The notes under the pieces: model-generated | The model's input: only the letters and a program-made list of their open reading frames with translations | Told to the model about the DNA's origin: nothing | Database searches by the model: none | In this document: piece after piece, positions 25,544 through 39,139 of the stretch | Layout of the letters: every line of letters starts with the position of its first letter | Position numbering within the stretch: position 1 is the first letter of the stretch | Position numbers and translations under genes: made by a program | Assembly: GCF_001194135.2 (NCBI RefSeq) | Contig: NC_068981.1 | Coordinates: 54,067,460-54,131,459 of the forward strand | Length of the DNA: 64,000 nucleotides | Direction: 5' to 3' | DNA from: Octopus bimaculoides | Lineage: Eukaryota

Positions 25544-26362
25544 AAGATGGCGAATTGGTAGGGTCATTAAACCCTTCACACGATATGCTTTGGAATTCCG
25601 GTAGCTTACGTTCTGAGTTCAAATCTTTATGTAGCCTGCTTCGGTGATAGACTTAATCCATCGCCTCATTTGACACTATCACATGCTTTTAGCAAACCTC
25701 ACTTTGGTGCAAGTATTCAAGCCTGGTACCCAGTTTGCGGTTATCTTCCTAAAATCGAAGGCCCTGAAAAGAGCCGTGACCACCAACAGATCATTGATTC
25801 CTTCCTTTTCATTCATTCACTCATTCATTCAATCATACATACATACGAACATACATTTGCGTATTATTTTGAATTTATGCCTGTTAGATGTTCTACATGT
25901 ACCTCTCTCTCTCTCTCTCCCATTCCCTCTCTTTTTCTCTCTCTCTCCCTCTCTCTCCCCCCACCTCCTCTCTCTCTATATATAATGAATTTATTATATT
26001 CCTATTATAATTAATGTTAAGATTTATTTTCATAAAATGTATTTCCCATGTAATGAAACACATGTAACACCGTATTAAAATGCTACCAGATATTACTATC
26101 TTTGTTTTAAAACGCACACACACACACACACACTCATATACCGCTTATATAAGATGCTTTCGCGAGAAGAATGCCGCAATTTTCTGGCCTTCTATAATAT
26201 ATCCACAATAAATAAGATATACAAAATGCTATTTTGAACCAGTACTGTTTCTGTCGCCAATAACGAATTTTTACCAAGCCTGCTAGCTATTTGTTCTTCA
26301 TATATAACTTGACACAATAACAGACAATATACATACATACGTACATGCATACATGCATACAT

Positions 26363-26415
<53 letters not shown>

Positions 26416-26575
26416 AAAGTATGTATGAATATAAATATGTAGTGTATGTATGTATGTATGTATGTATGTATGTATGTATGTATCTAGCTCTCTCTCATAA
26501 CCTGTCTCTGTCTGTTTGTCTGTCTGTCTCTTTCTTACTTCCTCTCTCTCTCTCCCTCTTTATATATATGTATAT

Positions 26576-26613
<38 letters not shown>

Positions 26614-26630
26614 NNNNNNNNNNATATATA

Positions 26631-26677
<47 letters not shown>

Positions 26678-27396
26678 ACATACGTATATATTCATGTATA
26701 TGTAATTGTACGAATATATATATAAGCATGTATGCAAGTATATACACTCTGACACGCATATACAAATGCATACACACACACACATATACATACATAAATA
26801 TGCGTATAGGAAAGTAGATGCAAATTTTCAAAATATATGTATTGGAATTAATGTTATAAAGATGTCTATCGGTGTGTGTAAATGTTAATAAAATCTACAT
26901 GTATTCAAGAATATGGCGATCTTATGAATGTTGGTAATGTTGATGCATCCAAGGCGCAGGATAAGAGATTTCTGAAAGTCTTAAAGTCATAGTTGATTTG
27001 TTTACTGTCATTGTAAACAGCTGCTGTTGAACAAAGATGAGTAAACAGCGAGAACAAAAATGACAAGAAAGATACCAAGATTAAAGTGGAGTTGTTGAAC
27101 CTGTTGAAATGGCGCCTGGTTTGATATGTAAAAATGTTGGTAGCAAAAACATTGATAGCCAAAAATAGAAATAGAAAAACAAAAGCAGAAACAAACGAAA
27201 GGAAAGAAGAAAAAGTAGATGATAAATAAAAAAATATACGATTTCGTATATTGAATTCATAAAAACACTGTTAATTGTCAAAAATACAAGTATGCAATAC
27301 TTACACACCTGTACGCAAAGCACACAGACACATGCGCTCAGACAGGCACATATAACGCAGAGACATATAGCACAAACCCGCAAAGGCACACACACA

Positions 27397-27457
<61 letters not shown>

Positions 27458-28463
27458 CTCACATATGCACAAATATTGATGTGTAATTTTATAGAGTTTT
27501 TAGTATATATTTTATGTAATATAGTATAGGCCATACATCTTATATTTAATGGTATATACATACAAGCACACTTTAAAATATGTATGTATATATATATATA
27601 TGTATATAAATGTCTACACACACTAGCTGTTATGTCTGGGCGTCAACCCTTTATCACTATATATTAATATATATATATATATATTAATATATANNNNNNN
27701 NNNNNNNNNNNNNNNNNNNNNNNNNNNNNNNNNNNNNNNNNNNNNNNNNNNNNNNNNNNNNNNNNNNNNNNNNNNNNNNNNNNNNNNNNNNNNNNNNNNN
27801 NNNNNNNNNNNNNNNNNNNNNNNNNNNNNNNNNNNNNNNNNNNNNNNNNNNNNNNNNNNNNNNNNNNNNNNNNNNNNNNNNNNNNNNNNNNNNNNNNNNN
27901 NNNNNNNNNNNNNNNNNNNNNNNNNNNNNNNNNNNNNNNNNNNNNNNNNNNNNNNNNNNNNNNNNNNNNNNNNNNNNNNNNNNNNNNNNNNNNNNNNNNN
28001 NNNNNNNNNNNNNNNNNNNNNNNNNNNNNNNNNNNNNNNNNNNNNNNNNNNNNNNNNNNNNNNNNNNNNNNNNNNNNNNNNNNNNNNNNNNNNNNNNNNN
28101 NNNNNNNNNNNNNNNNNNNNNNNNNNNNNNNNNNNNNNNNNNNNNNNNNNNNNNNNNNNNNNNNNNNNNNNNNNNNNNNNNNNNNNNNNNNNNNNNNNNN
28201 NNNNNNNNNNNNNNNNNNNNNNNNNNNNNNNNNNNNNNNNNNNNNNNNNNNNNNNNNNNNNNNNNNNNNNNNNNNNNNNNNNNNNNNNNNNNNNNNNNNN
28301 NNNNNNNNNNNNNNNNNNNNNNNNNNNNNNNNNNNNNNNNNNNNNNNNNNNNNNNNNNNNNNNNNNNNNNNNNNNNNNNNNNNNNNNNNNNNNNNNNNNN
28401 NNNNNNNNNNNNNNNNNNNNNNNNNNNNNNNNNNNNNNNNNNNCTTGCGTATATGCATACATG

Positions 28464-28521
<58 letters not shown>

Positions 28522-29794
28522 GTAAGTCGAAGCAACCTCGAATAAAACATATCCGTGCAAAGTCATATTTAACCTGTCCGAATACACACAAGCATGAAAA
28601 GACCTTCCGCAACAGAAACTGTCTTGGGAGAAAATTCTCCTCCTAATCAACATGCGCGAAAACACTGTGAATAGGCTTATGAATGACATTATTGGATGAT
28701 AGAAGGCATGTGTTTCTCTGTTATTTTGTGCCGTCAGCTATGAACACTAAATCTGCCCGGTACGTTTGATAGAATTAAATAAAGTTGCACATGCAATTTA
28801 TATTTAAACTAGTAGGGTTCCACAGAATGGAAAAAATTAAGAGGAATTATTAAAGAAAGAAAGAAAGAAAGAAAGAAAGAATGATTTGCATTTTTATAGC
28901 GTTCATAGTTTAGCTTTCATTAAATATTCTTTACGTTCTTCTACATTCATTTCCTAACGTCTCCGGAAGTGTTGTCATTTCCCTCTTTTTGTTACATCTT
29001 CTCGCTGTTCCTCTCTGATCCATGCTCTATATCTGTGCATCCTTTCTCGGGCAGCTTGCAACCGTGTTTCTTGTGAATCCAGAGTTTAAGCTAAGTTAAC
29101 CCTTATAAACAAATATGATTTTTTAAAAGCGAACAGACGATGTTTTGCAAACAATTTGCTGATGCAAGTGCTACCAGTTGAAAGCTCTGCATACTGGATG
29201 CTTAGGAAGTTTATGGGGTCATCAGGAAAGAATGTGCGCCGTTTCGGGGCCTTCCTCATGACGGCATCATTGCACATCAACCCTCCTCACTGAAATGAGG
29301 CCCCACTTGCTAGATCAACTGGTTATCAGGTTTGGCTCACTGTTCTTTTCGCCATTGCTCATCGTCACTTTTTAACCAAATCCAGTGGCTTGCCTTCTCC
29401 ACTAGTCTGGATATCACTCATGGTAATATTTGCGATGGTCGCTATGAAAATAAATTTGTTCAATAAAAAAATACCTTTCAATATCAACACACCACCACCA
29501 CCACCTTTTTTCTCTCTCAATATAACTGCCTTCCCTGTCCATCTCTCTCTGTCTACCTTTCCCTTCATCTAACTTTTAAATCATGTAATAAGTATTCCTT
29601 CTCCACCCCACCACACGCTGTTAACACTTCTCTCCCTCTTTTTCTCTCGTTCTTCGCCTCTACCTTCAGCTGACCACGTGACCATTTGGCTAAAGTGTAC
29701 TAATATTAATCACCTTTCTCCACATCTTCTTCTCTTCCTTCCTCCTCCTCCTCCTCCTCCTCCTCTTCCTCTCTCCTTCTCACATACACACTCT

Positions 29795-29970
29795 TACTCC
29801 ATCTCTCACTCCACCTCTCACTCACTTCACCTCTCACTCACTCCACCTCTCACTCACTCCACCTCTCACTCACTCCACCTCTCACTCACTCCNNNNNNNN
29901 NNTCTCACTCACTCCACCTCTCACTCACTCCACCTCTCACTCACTCCACCTCTCACTCACTCCACCTTTC
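29795..29970. repeat. 16-bp minisatellite (CTCACTCACTCCACCT)n
   Basis: Tandem units on both sides of a 10-N gap. Confidence 0.92.
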
Positions 29971-30727
29971 TAACTAACTAATGTATAACGGGCGAACCAA
30001 CAAGCAGATTATTATATAGATTGCATGATAAATAAACAGTATTTAGAACTCCATATGCATTCTTATATATCCAAAAAGGAAACCACGAGGGTGACTTGTC
30101 TGCGTTTCCATTGATTTATCTCTAAGTCGCATAGTGAGTACATATTGAAAAGGTAATGGAACACGAGTAAAATTATTTCATAAATAATGCATTTATGCTA
30201 TCTTAACCGCATTTCACCAACAATGGGAAAATATTAGTTATAGCAGATTGCATAGTCAAATTTTCAAAGATTAAATAACACTCATTAGTAACCTTTATGG
30301 TTTATATGAAGACGTTTTAAGCTACTAAATACAATTTGAGCTATAAATAATAGTTCCTATACCTCAATATACTTGGAGCTACAATTTATAGATCCATTTG
30401 CAGTAAATTAAAAAGAATTAATTTCAAATTTCGCAATGCCTCAAACGAACCAAAACATGCGTACGCGCGTATGTGTGCATGTATGTATATGTGTAAATAT
30501 ATACAAGTGTGGCGATGCTCCATAGACTCTCATTGAAAGCGTCGTTATCAATAGCTTATGGCTCTGGGTCATAAATTTGTCAGTTCAAGTGAGTCGATGC
30601 ATGTACTCTGTTACATGTACCTAATATCAACAGTAACAGAAATGAAAAAAAAAATCCTGATATGAATAGAGGAAACCCAGTCTTTACTACCATATCTCAC
30701 TCACTCTGCTTTAATATTTTTTTCCCA

Positions 30728-30940
30728 ATAAGGCGGTGAGCTGGCAGAATCGTTAGCATGCCAGGCCAAATGCTTAGCGGCATTTCGTCCGTCTTTACGC
30801 TCTGACTTCAAATTCCACCGAGGCGGACTTTGGCTTTCATTCGTTCGGGGTCGATGAGATAAATACCAGTTGAGTACTGGGGTCGATGTAATCAACTTAA
30901 CCCCTCACCCCAAATTGCTGGTGTTGTGCCAAAATTTCAA
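30728..30940 (+). mobile_element. SINE family A, tail B, full length
   Basis: AAGGCGGTGAGCTGGCAGAATCGTTAGCATGCCAGG..TTCGGGGTCGATGAGATAAATACCAG..AAATTGCTGGTGTTGTGCCAAAATTT. Confidence 0.92.
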
Positions 30941-31151
30941 TTTGTTTCCCAATATTTTTTTTTGTTTTTGTATGTTTGTTTTCCGCATTGATGTTTGATT
31001 CTAATGCATTTGTAATTCCTTTTACTTTCTTACCTTAGAGACCCACTATCTCCTGATGACATCGTAGGTGCGACATCATGACATATGGCGTGTGCTGGGC
31101 ATTTCTAAATCCATCCCTCTCCAGGTTTGAACACAGATGATTTCTAGTAGT

Positions 31152-31244
31152 GAAGAAGAAGAAGAAGAAGAAGAAGAAGAAGAAGAAGAAGAAGAAGAAG
31201 AAGAAGAAGAAGAAGAAGAAGAAGAAGAAGAAGAAGAAGAAGAA
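31152..31244. repeat. (GAA)31 trinucleotide run
   Basis: Perfect 93-bp run. Confidence 0.98.
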
Positions 31245-31339
31245 GGCACTAATGATAAACTGGTACATTCGAAATTGTACCATTTTCAAAGCATAAACTA
31301 ATGTTTATATCGAGAAGTAATTTCATTTGTGTCCTGAGA

Positions 31340-32290
31340 ATATGCTTCCAGAAATTCCGAGCTGGAAACTACAGCCTAGAAGACGATCTTCGTCCTGGTA
31401 GATCTGTAGAGCTCGATGAGGACGTCCTGCAAACCCTGGTGGAACAACATCTCATCGTAACTGTTGAGGAACTAGCTTGGATTTGGTCATTCAACCATTC
31501 ATCGACACCTGCATGCCATCGAAAAAGTCAGCAAATTGGGTCAATGGGTTCCTCACAAACTTTCCGAATCTAATCGCGCGCAAAGAGCGAATATGTGCTC
31601 TTTTTTCTGTCATGTCTCACGAATGAACCTTTTTCGGACCGAATAGTGACTGGTGACGAGAAATGAGCTCTCTATAAAAATGTCAAGCGCCGAAGACAGT
31701 GGGTAGGGAGAAGAGAAACACCGGCACTCCAGGCTAAAGAAGGTCTCCACTCACGTAAAGTGTTGTTATTTGTTTGGTGAGATATGGAGGGATTAGTCCA
31801 CTTTGAATTTTTAAACCTAAACCACACGATAACAAAGGAGCAACTTGAGCGGCTTAAGTCAGTACTAGGAGAAAAACGACCGCCTTTGGTTTCAAGACGA
31901 AAGGTGTTCTTCCATTAGGATAATGCTCAGCCACATACAGCGAGGATGACATTCCAAAGGCTGGAGCAGTTTGGAATGGGAAAAGATACCCCACCCATCA
32001 TATTCGCTGGATATTGCTTCATCTGATTATCATTTATTCCGCAGTCTTCAAAATCATTTTGATGGGAAAAATATGAATTCTGTTGACGAGGTCAAAACAG
32101 TACTGGGAGGATTATTTTTCGTCACAGACAAGTGAATTTTGGAAGAGGGGCTTGCAAGTCTACAAGATAGATGGAAAAGCATTGCAGAAAATGAAGGAGA
32201 GTATATTTTAGATTAAAAAGAACTTTGTTTATCTTAATTTTAAAAAATAAAAGAAGTATAAAAAACTGCATTATTTATGGGATAACCCAA
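31340..32290 (+). mobile_element. Mariner transposon relic, 5'-truncated, right TIR intact
   Basis: FQKFRAGNYSLEDDLRPGRSVELDED..QWVPHKLSES..IVTGDEK*..FH*DNAQPH..HPSYSLDIASSDYHLFRSLQNHF (all three catalytic Asp motifs, with stops and frameshifts). The right end (reverse complement TTGGGTTATCCCATAAATAATGCAGTTTTT) is followed by TA at 32291-32292. The TIR differs from the 4631 element. Confidence 0.93.
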
Positions 32291-32372
32291 TAAGTACCAG
32301 TTGAACACGGGTCGATGTAATCGACTTAACCCAACCCCCGAAATTGCTGGCCTTGCGCCAAAATTTGAAACC
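32291..32372 (+). mobile_element. 3' half of a SINE family A copy interrupted by the mariner
   Basis: TAAGTACCAGTTGAACACGGGTCGATGTAATCGACTTAACC..GCTGGCCTTGCGCCAAAATTTGAAACC starts exactly at the mariner TA. Confidence 0.88.
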
Positions 32373-34329
32373 AACATTAGCTATAGATATACAATACTAT
32401 TTTTCATGAAAATTAATGATTGAATTTAAAATCTAGTTATTCAGATATCATTTAGTTTCTATAGAATTACAAGAGTTTTGAATAATATTTTGCTATATCA
32501 CGGGAAAGGCATTGTGCCAATAATAAATACAGACGCACCGGTTCTGTTTCACGACTTTATTAATTAGTTGTCAATTGCTTAACTATGAAATCAATTAATT
32601 AATCGATTGCTTGATTAATTGTTCGGTCGATAACTCAATCAATTAGGTTTGTGAAAGTCCTTTCGTCGCCATTTGCGACCTCATCAATGACATACCTTCT
32701 CTACTCCAGCTCTATCTGTTCGAATACTTCCAATTATATGTTATTCATTTATTCGTCACTATTTTCTCTCCAATATTAATCATTGAAACGTATATCCATT
32801 GTTTACCCGAGGATACTGAACACACTGAGAGAGAACAACTTAAGGAAATGTACACCGATGTCTTAAAAACGAATGAAATCCGTTCTATACTGACAGGAAA
32901 CACATCTCCTAAGTTTGTGTGTTCTAAGAAAACTAATCATCATCATCGGCACCGCCGCCGTCGTCGTTATCTTCGTCGTCGCCGTCATCATCATCGCTGT
33001 CACCCCACCACCACCACCACCACCAGGTCAGGATTCGTGCAGTTTCCTTGTTGTAATAAATTAAGTGAAGCTTCATACATATGTCATAATGGAATCTAAC
33101 TTTAAAAAATAATGTTGAGAAAAGTACACTGTATGATGGTTGGCATTGGTGGCGAAGTTTAATCTTTCGAAACAAAGAAAGGAGTGAGTCAAACTTCTGT
33201 GATTCTTGGGAAAAAGAAAAAAAAAAAAAAGAATTAGTTGAGTATGCTAGGGGTGGGGGATTGTAGTGAAGAAACCTAGAAGGATAGAAAAACCTCGATA
33301 ATTTTAAACCTGTTGTTTATCACCAAATGATCAAAGAATACTGGAGATGATACAAGGTGAGAAGAAAGAAAATAATGAAGAAAGTGCAAAGAAAAAATAA
33401 GAGAAAGAAAGCAGAAACCTAAGGGACATTGTAACGGTGGTTGAAGAAGGTTGTTAGCAACACTGTCAAGACTCAGTCTAGCATAAAAAATTCTTACATT
33501 ATCATTTTTGGTTTTAAATTTTATATTACACAAAACCATAAAAATCTTGTCAGGAAGCATTAACTGTTATTATTTCCTGTTTTAAGTTTTATTTCAGCTG
33601 ATATGACATAATTGTGGAATCGTTTTCGTAGGGACTCCCTCCTGTTTTCTGTTTCCAGAGATAACCAGATCCTAAGGTTGCTGGCTTTAAAAAATAAATG
33701 AAAAAAAGTGACCTTGTGGACAGCACCAGCCGAGCTTGATAATCGACTATAAGTTAGTGATTGCAGCTCTAGCTGTTTGAACTTATTGATTCTAATTTGC
33801 GCATGAAAAAGAGATCAATGACTGTGATAGACACCAGAACATGTGGAGACAATAATTTCACTCTAGATGTCAGTGATACAATTTCCTCGAGTAGAAACAA
33901 AAAAAGCCTGCAAATGTTTCTTTGCATATTGACATTCATTTTGGGAACCAATAGGATAAACAAGTGATGTGCAATCAAAGCACAATCGATGTATAATGTA
34001 AATTCACCAATACTAGAAACTTCCATAATAAATATTCGAGAAGTGTATCTTGGATTAGTCAACATGACAGGCTTCGTTTTTTCTCCAAGTTTACACCCCA
34101 AGAAGGATTGAACTTAGTACCATTAGTTAACAAGATATTTCATAATATAATATTGCCGAGGATAGTAGATTGGTGGAGTCAATAGAGCATTGATCAGGCT
34201 GGTTGTATATAGAGGCTATACACTTGAGATACTTAAGTACTTCTACAACTAATGATTAAAGACATGCATGTACTCCGCTTTGCGTATTAATTTCTGTTTC
34301 ACTCGTTTGTACCGTCAAATCTACATAAT

Positions 34330-34750
34330 AGTTTCAAAATTTGGTACAAACCAGTTTGAGAGGAGGGTAAATCGATTACATTGACCTCAGTGCTTAACTG
34401 CTCCTTATTTTATCGACTCCGAAAGGATAAAAGAAAAAGACAACCTCGATGAAATTTGAACTTAGAACGTAATCAGCTGGAAGAATTTCCATTAAGCAAT
34501 TTTTTCGATGTCCTAATAATTCTGTCAGATCGCCGCCTTGTCAAACCTGTATACTTTTTTTTTAACTATAGATACAAGGCCAACAGTTTTAGGAGTGGTG
34601 GGTAAGTTAATTACATCGACCACAGTGTGCATCTGGTACTTATTTTATCGAACCCGTACGGATTAAAGGCAAAGTCGACCTTGGCAGCATTTAAACTCAG
34701 AGCGTAAACACAGACGAAATGCCGCTAGGCATTTTCTCCGGCGTGCTAAT
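34330..34750 (-). mobile_element. Tandem pair of SINE family A copies
   Basis: Two reverse-complement copies at about 34330-34525 and 34565-34750. Confidence 0.87.
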
Positions 34751-35377
34751 CATACCCATATAATGATATATAAATTTAGTAGACTGCTGACTGAAAATAA
34801 TTTTCTGTATAAAATCTGGAAATTTTCTCTAAATTTTGAAAATATTCAAATACAACTGAAATATTTNNNNNNNNNNNNNNNNNNNNNNNNNNNNNNNNNN
34901 NNNNNNNNNNNNNNNNNNNNNNNNNNNNNNNNNNNNNNNNNNNNNNNNNNNNNNNNNNNNNNNNNNNNNNNNNNNNNNNNNNNNNNNNNNNNNNNNNNNN
35001 NNNNNNNNNNNNNNNNNNNNNNNNNNNNNNNNNNNNNNNNNNNNNNNNNNNNNNNNNNNNNNNNNNNNNNNNNNNNNNNNNNNNNNNNNNNNNNNNNNNN
35101 NNNNNNNNNNNNNNNNNNNNNNNNNNNNNNNNNNNNNNNNNNNNNNNNNNNNNNNNNNNNNNNNNNNNNNNNNNNNNNNNNNNNNNNNNNNNNNNNNNNN
35201 NNNNNNNNNNNNNNNNNNNNNNNNNNNNNNNNNNNNNNNNNNNNNNNNNNNNNNNNNNNNNNNNNNNNNNNNNNNNNNNNNNNNNNNNNNNNNNNNNNNN
35301 NNNNNNNNNNNNNNNNNNNNNNNNNNNNNNNNNNNNNNNNNNNNNNNNNNNNNNNNNNNNNNNNNNNNNNNNNNNNN

Positions 35378-35434
<57 letters not shown>

Positions 35435-35914
35435 TGTAGCAACCGTATTAGTCTGGTCTATGAAAACTAGTCATTGCTTATAATAGATATGAACTCATAG
35501 TATTTACAAGAGAAGTCAGAAGGAAAATTTCAGCATTTATACCTTCATCCAGAGCGTTAGTAAAGAAACTGAAGCGGTTGAACAAAGAATAAAAATGAGA
35601 TCCATGAGACGGGTCACCGAAAATGTAGTTCGTGTTTGATGAGTGCCTTCTAAAGCTATGAATCATGACATTCATACCATCACAAATAAATTTATCTAAA
35701 ATAATAAAAGCCGGGCAAAATTATTGTTTTTCTCCATGGTGACTAATTTTTCTTGTCGCGAGAATCTAACAAAATATTTCTTGTTAATGTCGGTTTTGGT
35801 TAACCCCAGTTCAAACCTGGATCAGAAACACTATCATCAAAGACATTCCAGCCGTGGTCATCTTATTTAAAGTGTCTTTTCCTTAAGATAGCAGGGTTAT
35901 ATTTGAAGAAACAT

Positions 35915-36140
35915 TGGTTTCAAATTTTGGCACAAAGCTAACAATTTCAGGTGTGGGAGAGTAAGTCGATTACATCGACTCCACCACTCAACTGATACTC
36001 ATTTTATCGATCCCGAAAGAATGAAAGGTAAAGTCAATCTTGGAGGACGTAAAAACAGACATAAAGAACGTAAAAATAGACGAAATGCCGCTAAGGGTTT
36101 TGCCCGGTGTACTAACGAGATTCTGTCATCTCGCTGCCTT
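35915..36140 (-). mobile_element. SINE family A, tail B
   Basis: Reverse complement of the head, core and tail B. It contains a small internal duplication (ACGTAAAA..AGAC twice). Confidence 0.87.
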
Positions 36141-36169
36141 AATATTTAAAGAAATATTGACTATTTCTA

Positions 36170-36620
36170 TCAGCGTTGTTGAACGACCACTTAGATGCTC
36201 CTCACGTTGTTTATGATGTTTTTTCTGATTGAGTAGATTCATGATTAAACGCATTCTAGCTAGAAGCATCCCGTCTCTTTGTATATATAAGAGTACATCG
36301 TCCAATGTATTTTTCCTTTTATTAGATGCGAGAGTATGATGTTAAGTGGATTCGAAGCCATCATATGGAGGCTTCCTCGCGAGTTCGTGTTGTTTATGCA
36401 GTTGTTAGTGTTGTTTCTGTTTTAACGGCCGCTAATGGAGTTAATGGCGCAGTTATTCTCCAAAACTTTAAATAAGATTTCTGAAATGGATAGTGAATAT
36501 GTTCGGAGGGAGGATGATTGATTTTGTCAGTGGTATATCGAATAAACATGTCATAATATAGTTTTGGAATAAATGCGTTTTAGATGTAATTTCTTCAAAT
36601 ATAGATTAGAAAATTATGGC
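36170..36620 (-). mobile_element. Possible Penelope-like (GIY-YIG endonuclease) relic
   Basis: Minus-strand fragments KEKYIGRCT, AFNHES and KWSF follow an Asn-rich linker, in the order seen in Penelope endonuclease C-termini. The region is very decayed. Confidence 0.35.
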
Positions 36621-37369
36621 GGAAACTAAGAAAGCCACGAGATCTATATTTAACAAAGAACGAAATGTCATTTCCGAAAAAGCTGTTAATAAACTTAGCA
36701 GATGTTGCAACTGTAAAAAAATTATGAATCAAACGGAAACAATAACAGCAAAAACTTGAACATCAAAGCAGTTTTTTTTTTCATAATTATCTGAGGAATA
36801 CTATCTGAATTTGTAATAATACTCAATTAAAACCCCCAAATAGATGAAGTAGGAAATGAAAAGCCATTGTAGAATGTGAAAATATTTTAACTTTCACAGT
36901 TTAACAACATGTAGCAACAGACAACACATTAACGTGCCATTTACGTTCCATTAAAATAATTGCCAAGATTTGACATTTCTCCAGACAGGCTGATAATGAA
37001 TATTCTTTATATAATACCAAACCAATGACTTTTATAGCAAAGATGTCAGATATTTCTGTAAAACCATGCGTATTAGTTCAAGCTAAGAGCAACTAAAACT
37101 TTCTGTTATTGATGGAAGCACAATTAATTCACTTTGATGATTCGTTCAAATAATTAATATATTTCTGAATGAAAAGATTTGGTTTCGTTAACGCAAGCTA
37201 CTAAATTCAATTTCCATTTGGTATGAGGTTCAACCACTCTGTCACTACCTCTCTTTTACGCTTACCTATTTTACTATCTGGTAAATGATTGATATACTTC
37301 TATATGATGTGATAGTCATGTCTGGAATACCTTCGATCATAGTTGTGATCAATCAAGATTGACCTGGTG

Positions 37370-37530
37370 GTAAACAACAACAGCAACAACAACAACAACA
37401 ACAATAACAGCAGCAGCAGCAATTGCAGCCGCAGCAGCAGCAGTGGCGGCGGTAGCAGCAGTGGCGGCGGTAGCAGCAGTGGCGGCGGCAGCAGCAGAGC
37501 AGCAGCAGCAGCAGCAGCAGCAGCAATGGC
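37370..37530. repeat. Compound (AAC)n-(AGC)n-(GGC)n repeat with 3x 18-bp unit AGCAGCAGTGGCGGCGGT
   Basis: Units at 37436, 37454 and 37472. The repeat begins as the (AAC)n tail of a family D fragment (37306-37380). Confidence 0.93.
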
Positions 37531-39034
37531 AACCCTTTTGCTGAAGGGCTGGCTTGGAACTTCAAATCTCCAGAATCGATAATATACATATCAGTTACAT
37601 ACTGTATCGCTTCAATTAACTATACCATTAACTCTATAAAATCTTCTGTCGAATCAAAAGAAACTAATACTTATTTTAACTAATAACTTTTTTCATATCC
37701 ACCAATGTATACAAAACCCGGTTCTCTTCGATTCCACTTCAAAGAAAATTGATCTGCAATTGATTTTGAAAATCAGAATTCCTTTCAGATTACTCAATAT
37801 TGAAATGGCAAACTATTTTCATTTGTTTTGTAAGCGTAGCTTTATTATTTTTCCTCAAAATATTATTGTTTTTTTGTTGTTGTTTCATCTCCTAAGCCAC
37901 TTCAAAGGACGGATTATATCTTATTTAGTTTTGTAAGCAGATTACATAGGATAGTTAGATACATGCTTTATTTGACATATCGTGCTATAGACTTTTCATA
38001 TCTTCTTTTTGTATTGATTTATTACATTTCGAATAGTTAAATTCATGTCTATCCTAAATTTACAATAAAAGCGTTAATATTAAACAAAATAGCATAAAGA
38101 TCTTTTAGTTTCATCTTATTAGAAGATTTGTATATACAATGTATATCAGTTGTTACTAACTACGATAAATGTAATATAGCTTTACGTAAGGGGACTTAGC
38201 AACTGTATTTTAAGAAACAGCAATAATAAGAAAGAAACAATATCTCTAGATATTAATAAAGTTTTGTCCAGAAACTATAGAAATTTAATATGTTGTATTT
38301 CATGTTTATGTAATATTTTGTCCATAAATATTGAGTAGTCTATACGAAGTTATGATTCACTGAAGAATAAAAAACTTAGTCGATTTTGTCCGATTTTGTT
38401 CAATTGCGTTAGAATATTATAAGTAAAAAAAGACAACAAAAAAGTCCCTAAAACAAAAAAGTCCCTAAAAACCTTGAATTTGTGCAAAACAATACTTAAA
38501 TCTTCAAGTAACTTCTACATATCTAAGAGTTAATATTTTTAATCTCGACTTCAATTAAATATTTTTATATTTTTAGCATGTTAAAGTTGCAGACAAACAC
38601 TGAAAACCAGTTAATTGATTGTATCGTACCTCTAAAAATATGTGTACTGAGACCAGTTTCAGAGATAAATATTTTAACTAACATGCTTTATTGTACACCA
38701 CCTCAACCACAAAAGAAAAAAAAGAAAAAGTATTTTCTTCCGACTACCTTATAATTTACCGTGGCAACGTTTCTACTACACTTAAACACATTTCATTATC
38801 TATTCTTCCTCCAAGGCCTTGTGACTATAATAGAAAGGATTATCTATATTCTCTTACCTATAGACATTAAATATTAGTCTTTAACAACTGCACATCAACA
38901 CATATAATGCAGAGGCTCAAACCAACAAAGTGGTCGCTAAATCTGCTGAAAATAGAAATCAAATTCCTTTAACGTGCACACACGTGTGTATGTGTGTGTG
39001 TTTGTGTGTGAGCGTGCGTGTGTGTGAGTGTGTA

Positions 39035-39071
<37 letters not shown>

Positions 39072-39105
39072 ATAGAAATCAAATTTCTTTAACGCGCACA
39101 CACGT

Positions 39106-39139
<34 letters not shown>

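Noticed and set aside
31053-31110. Hammerhead ribozyme core CTGATGA
   Set aside because: No GAAA or stems II/III follow.
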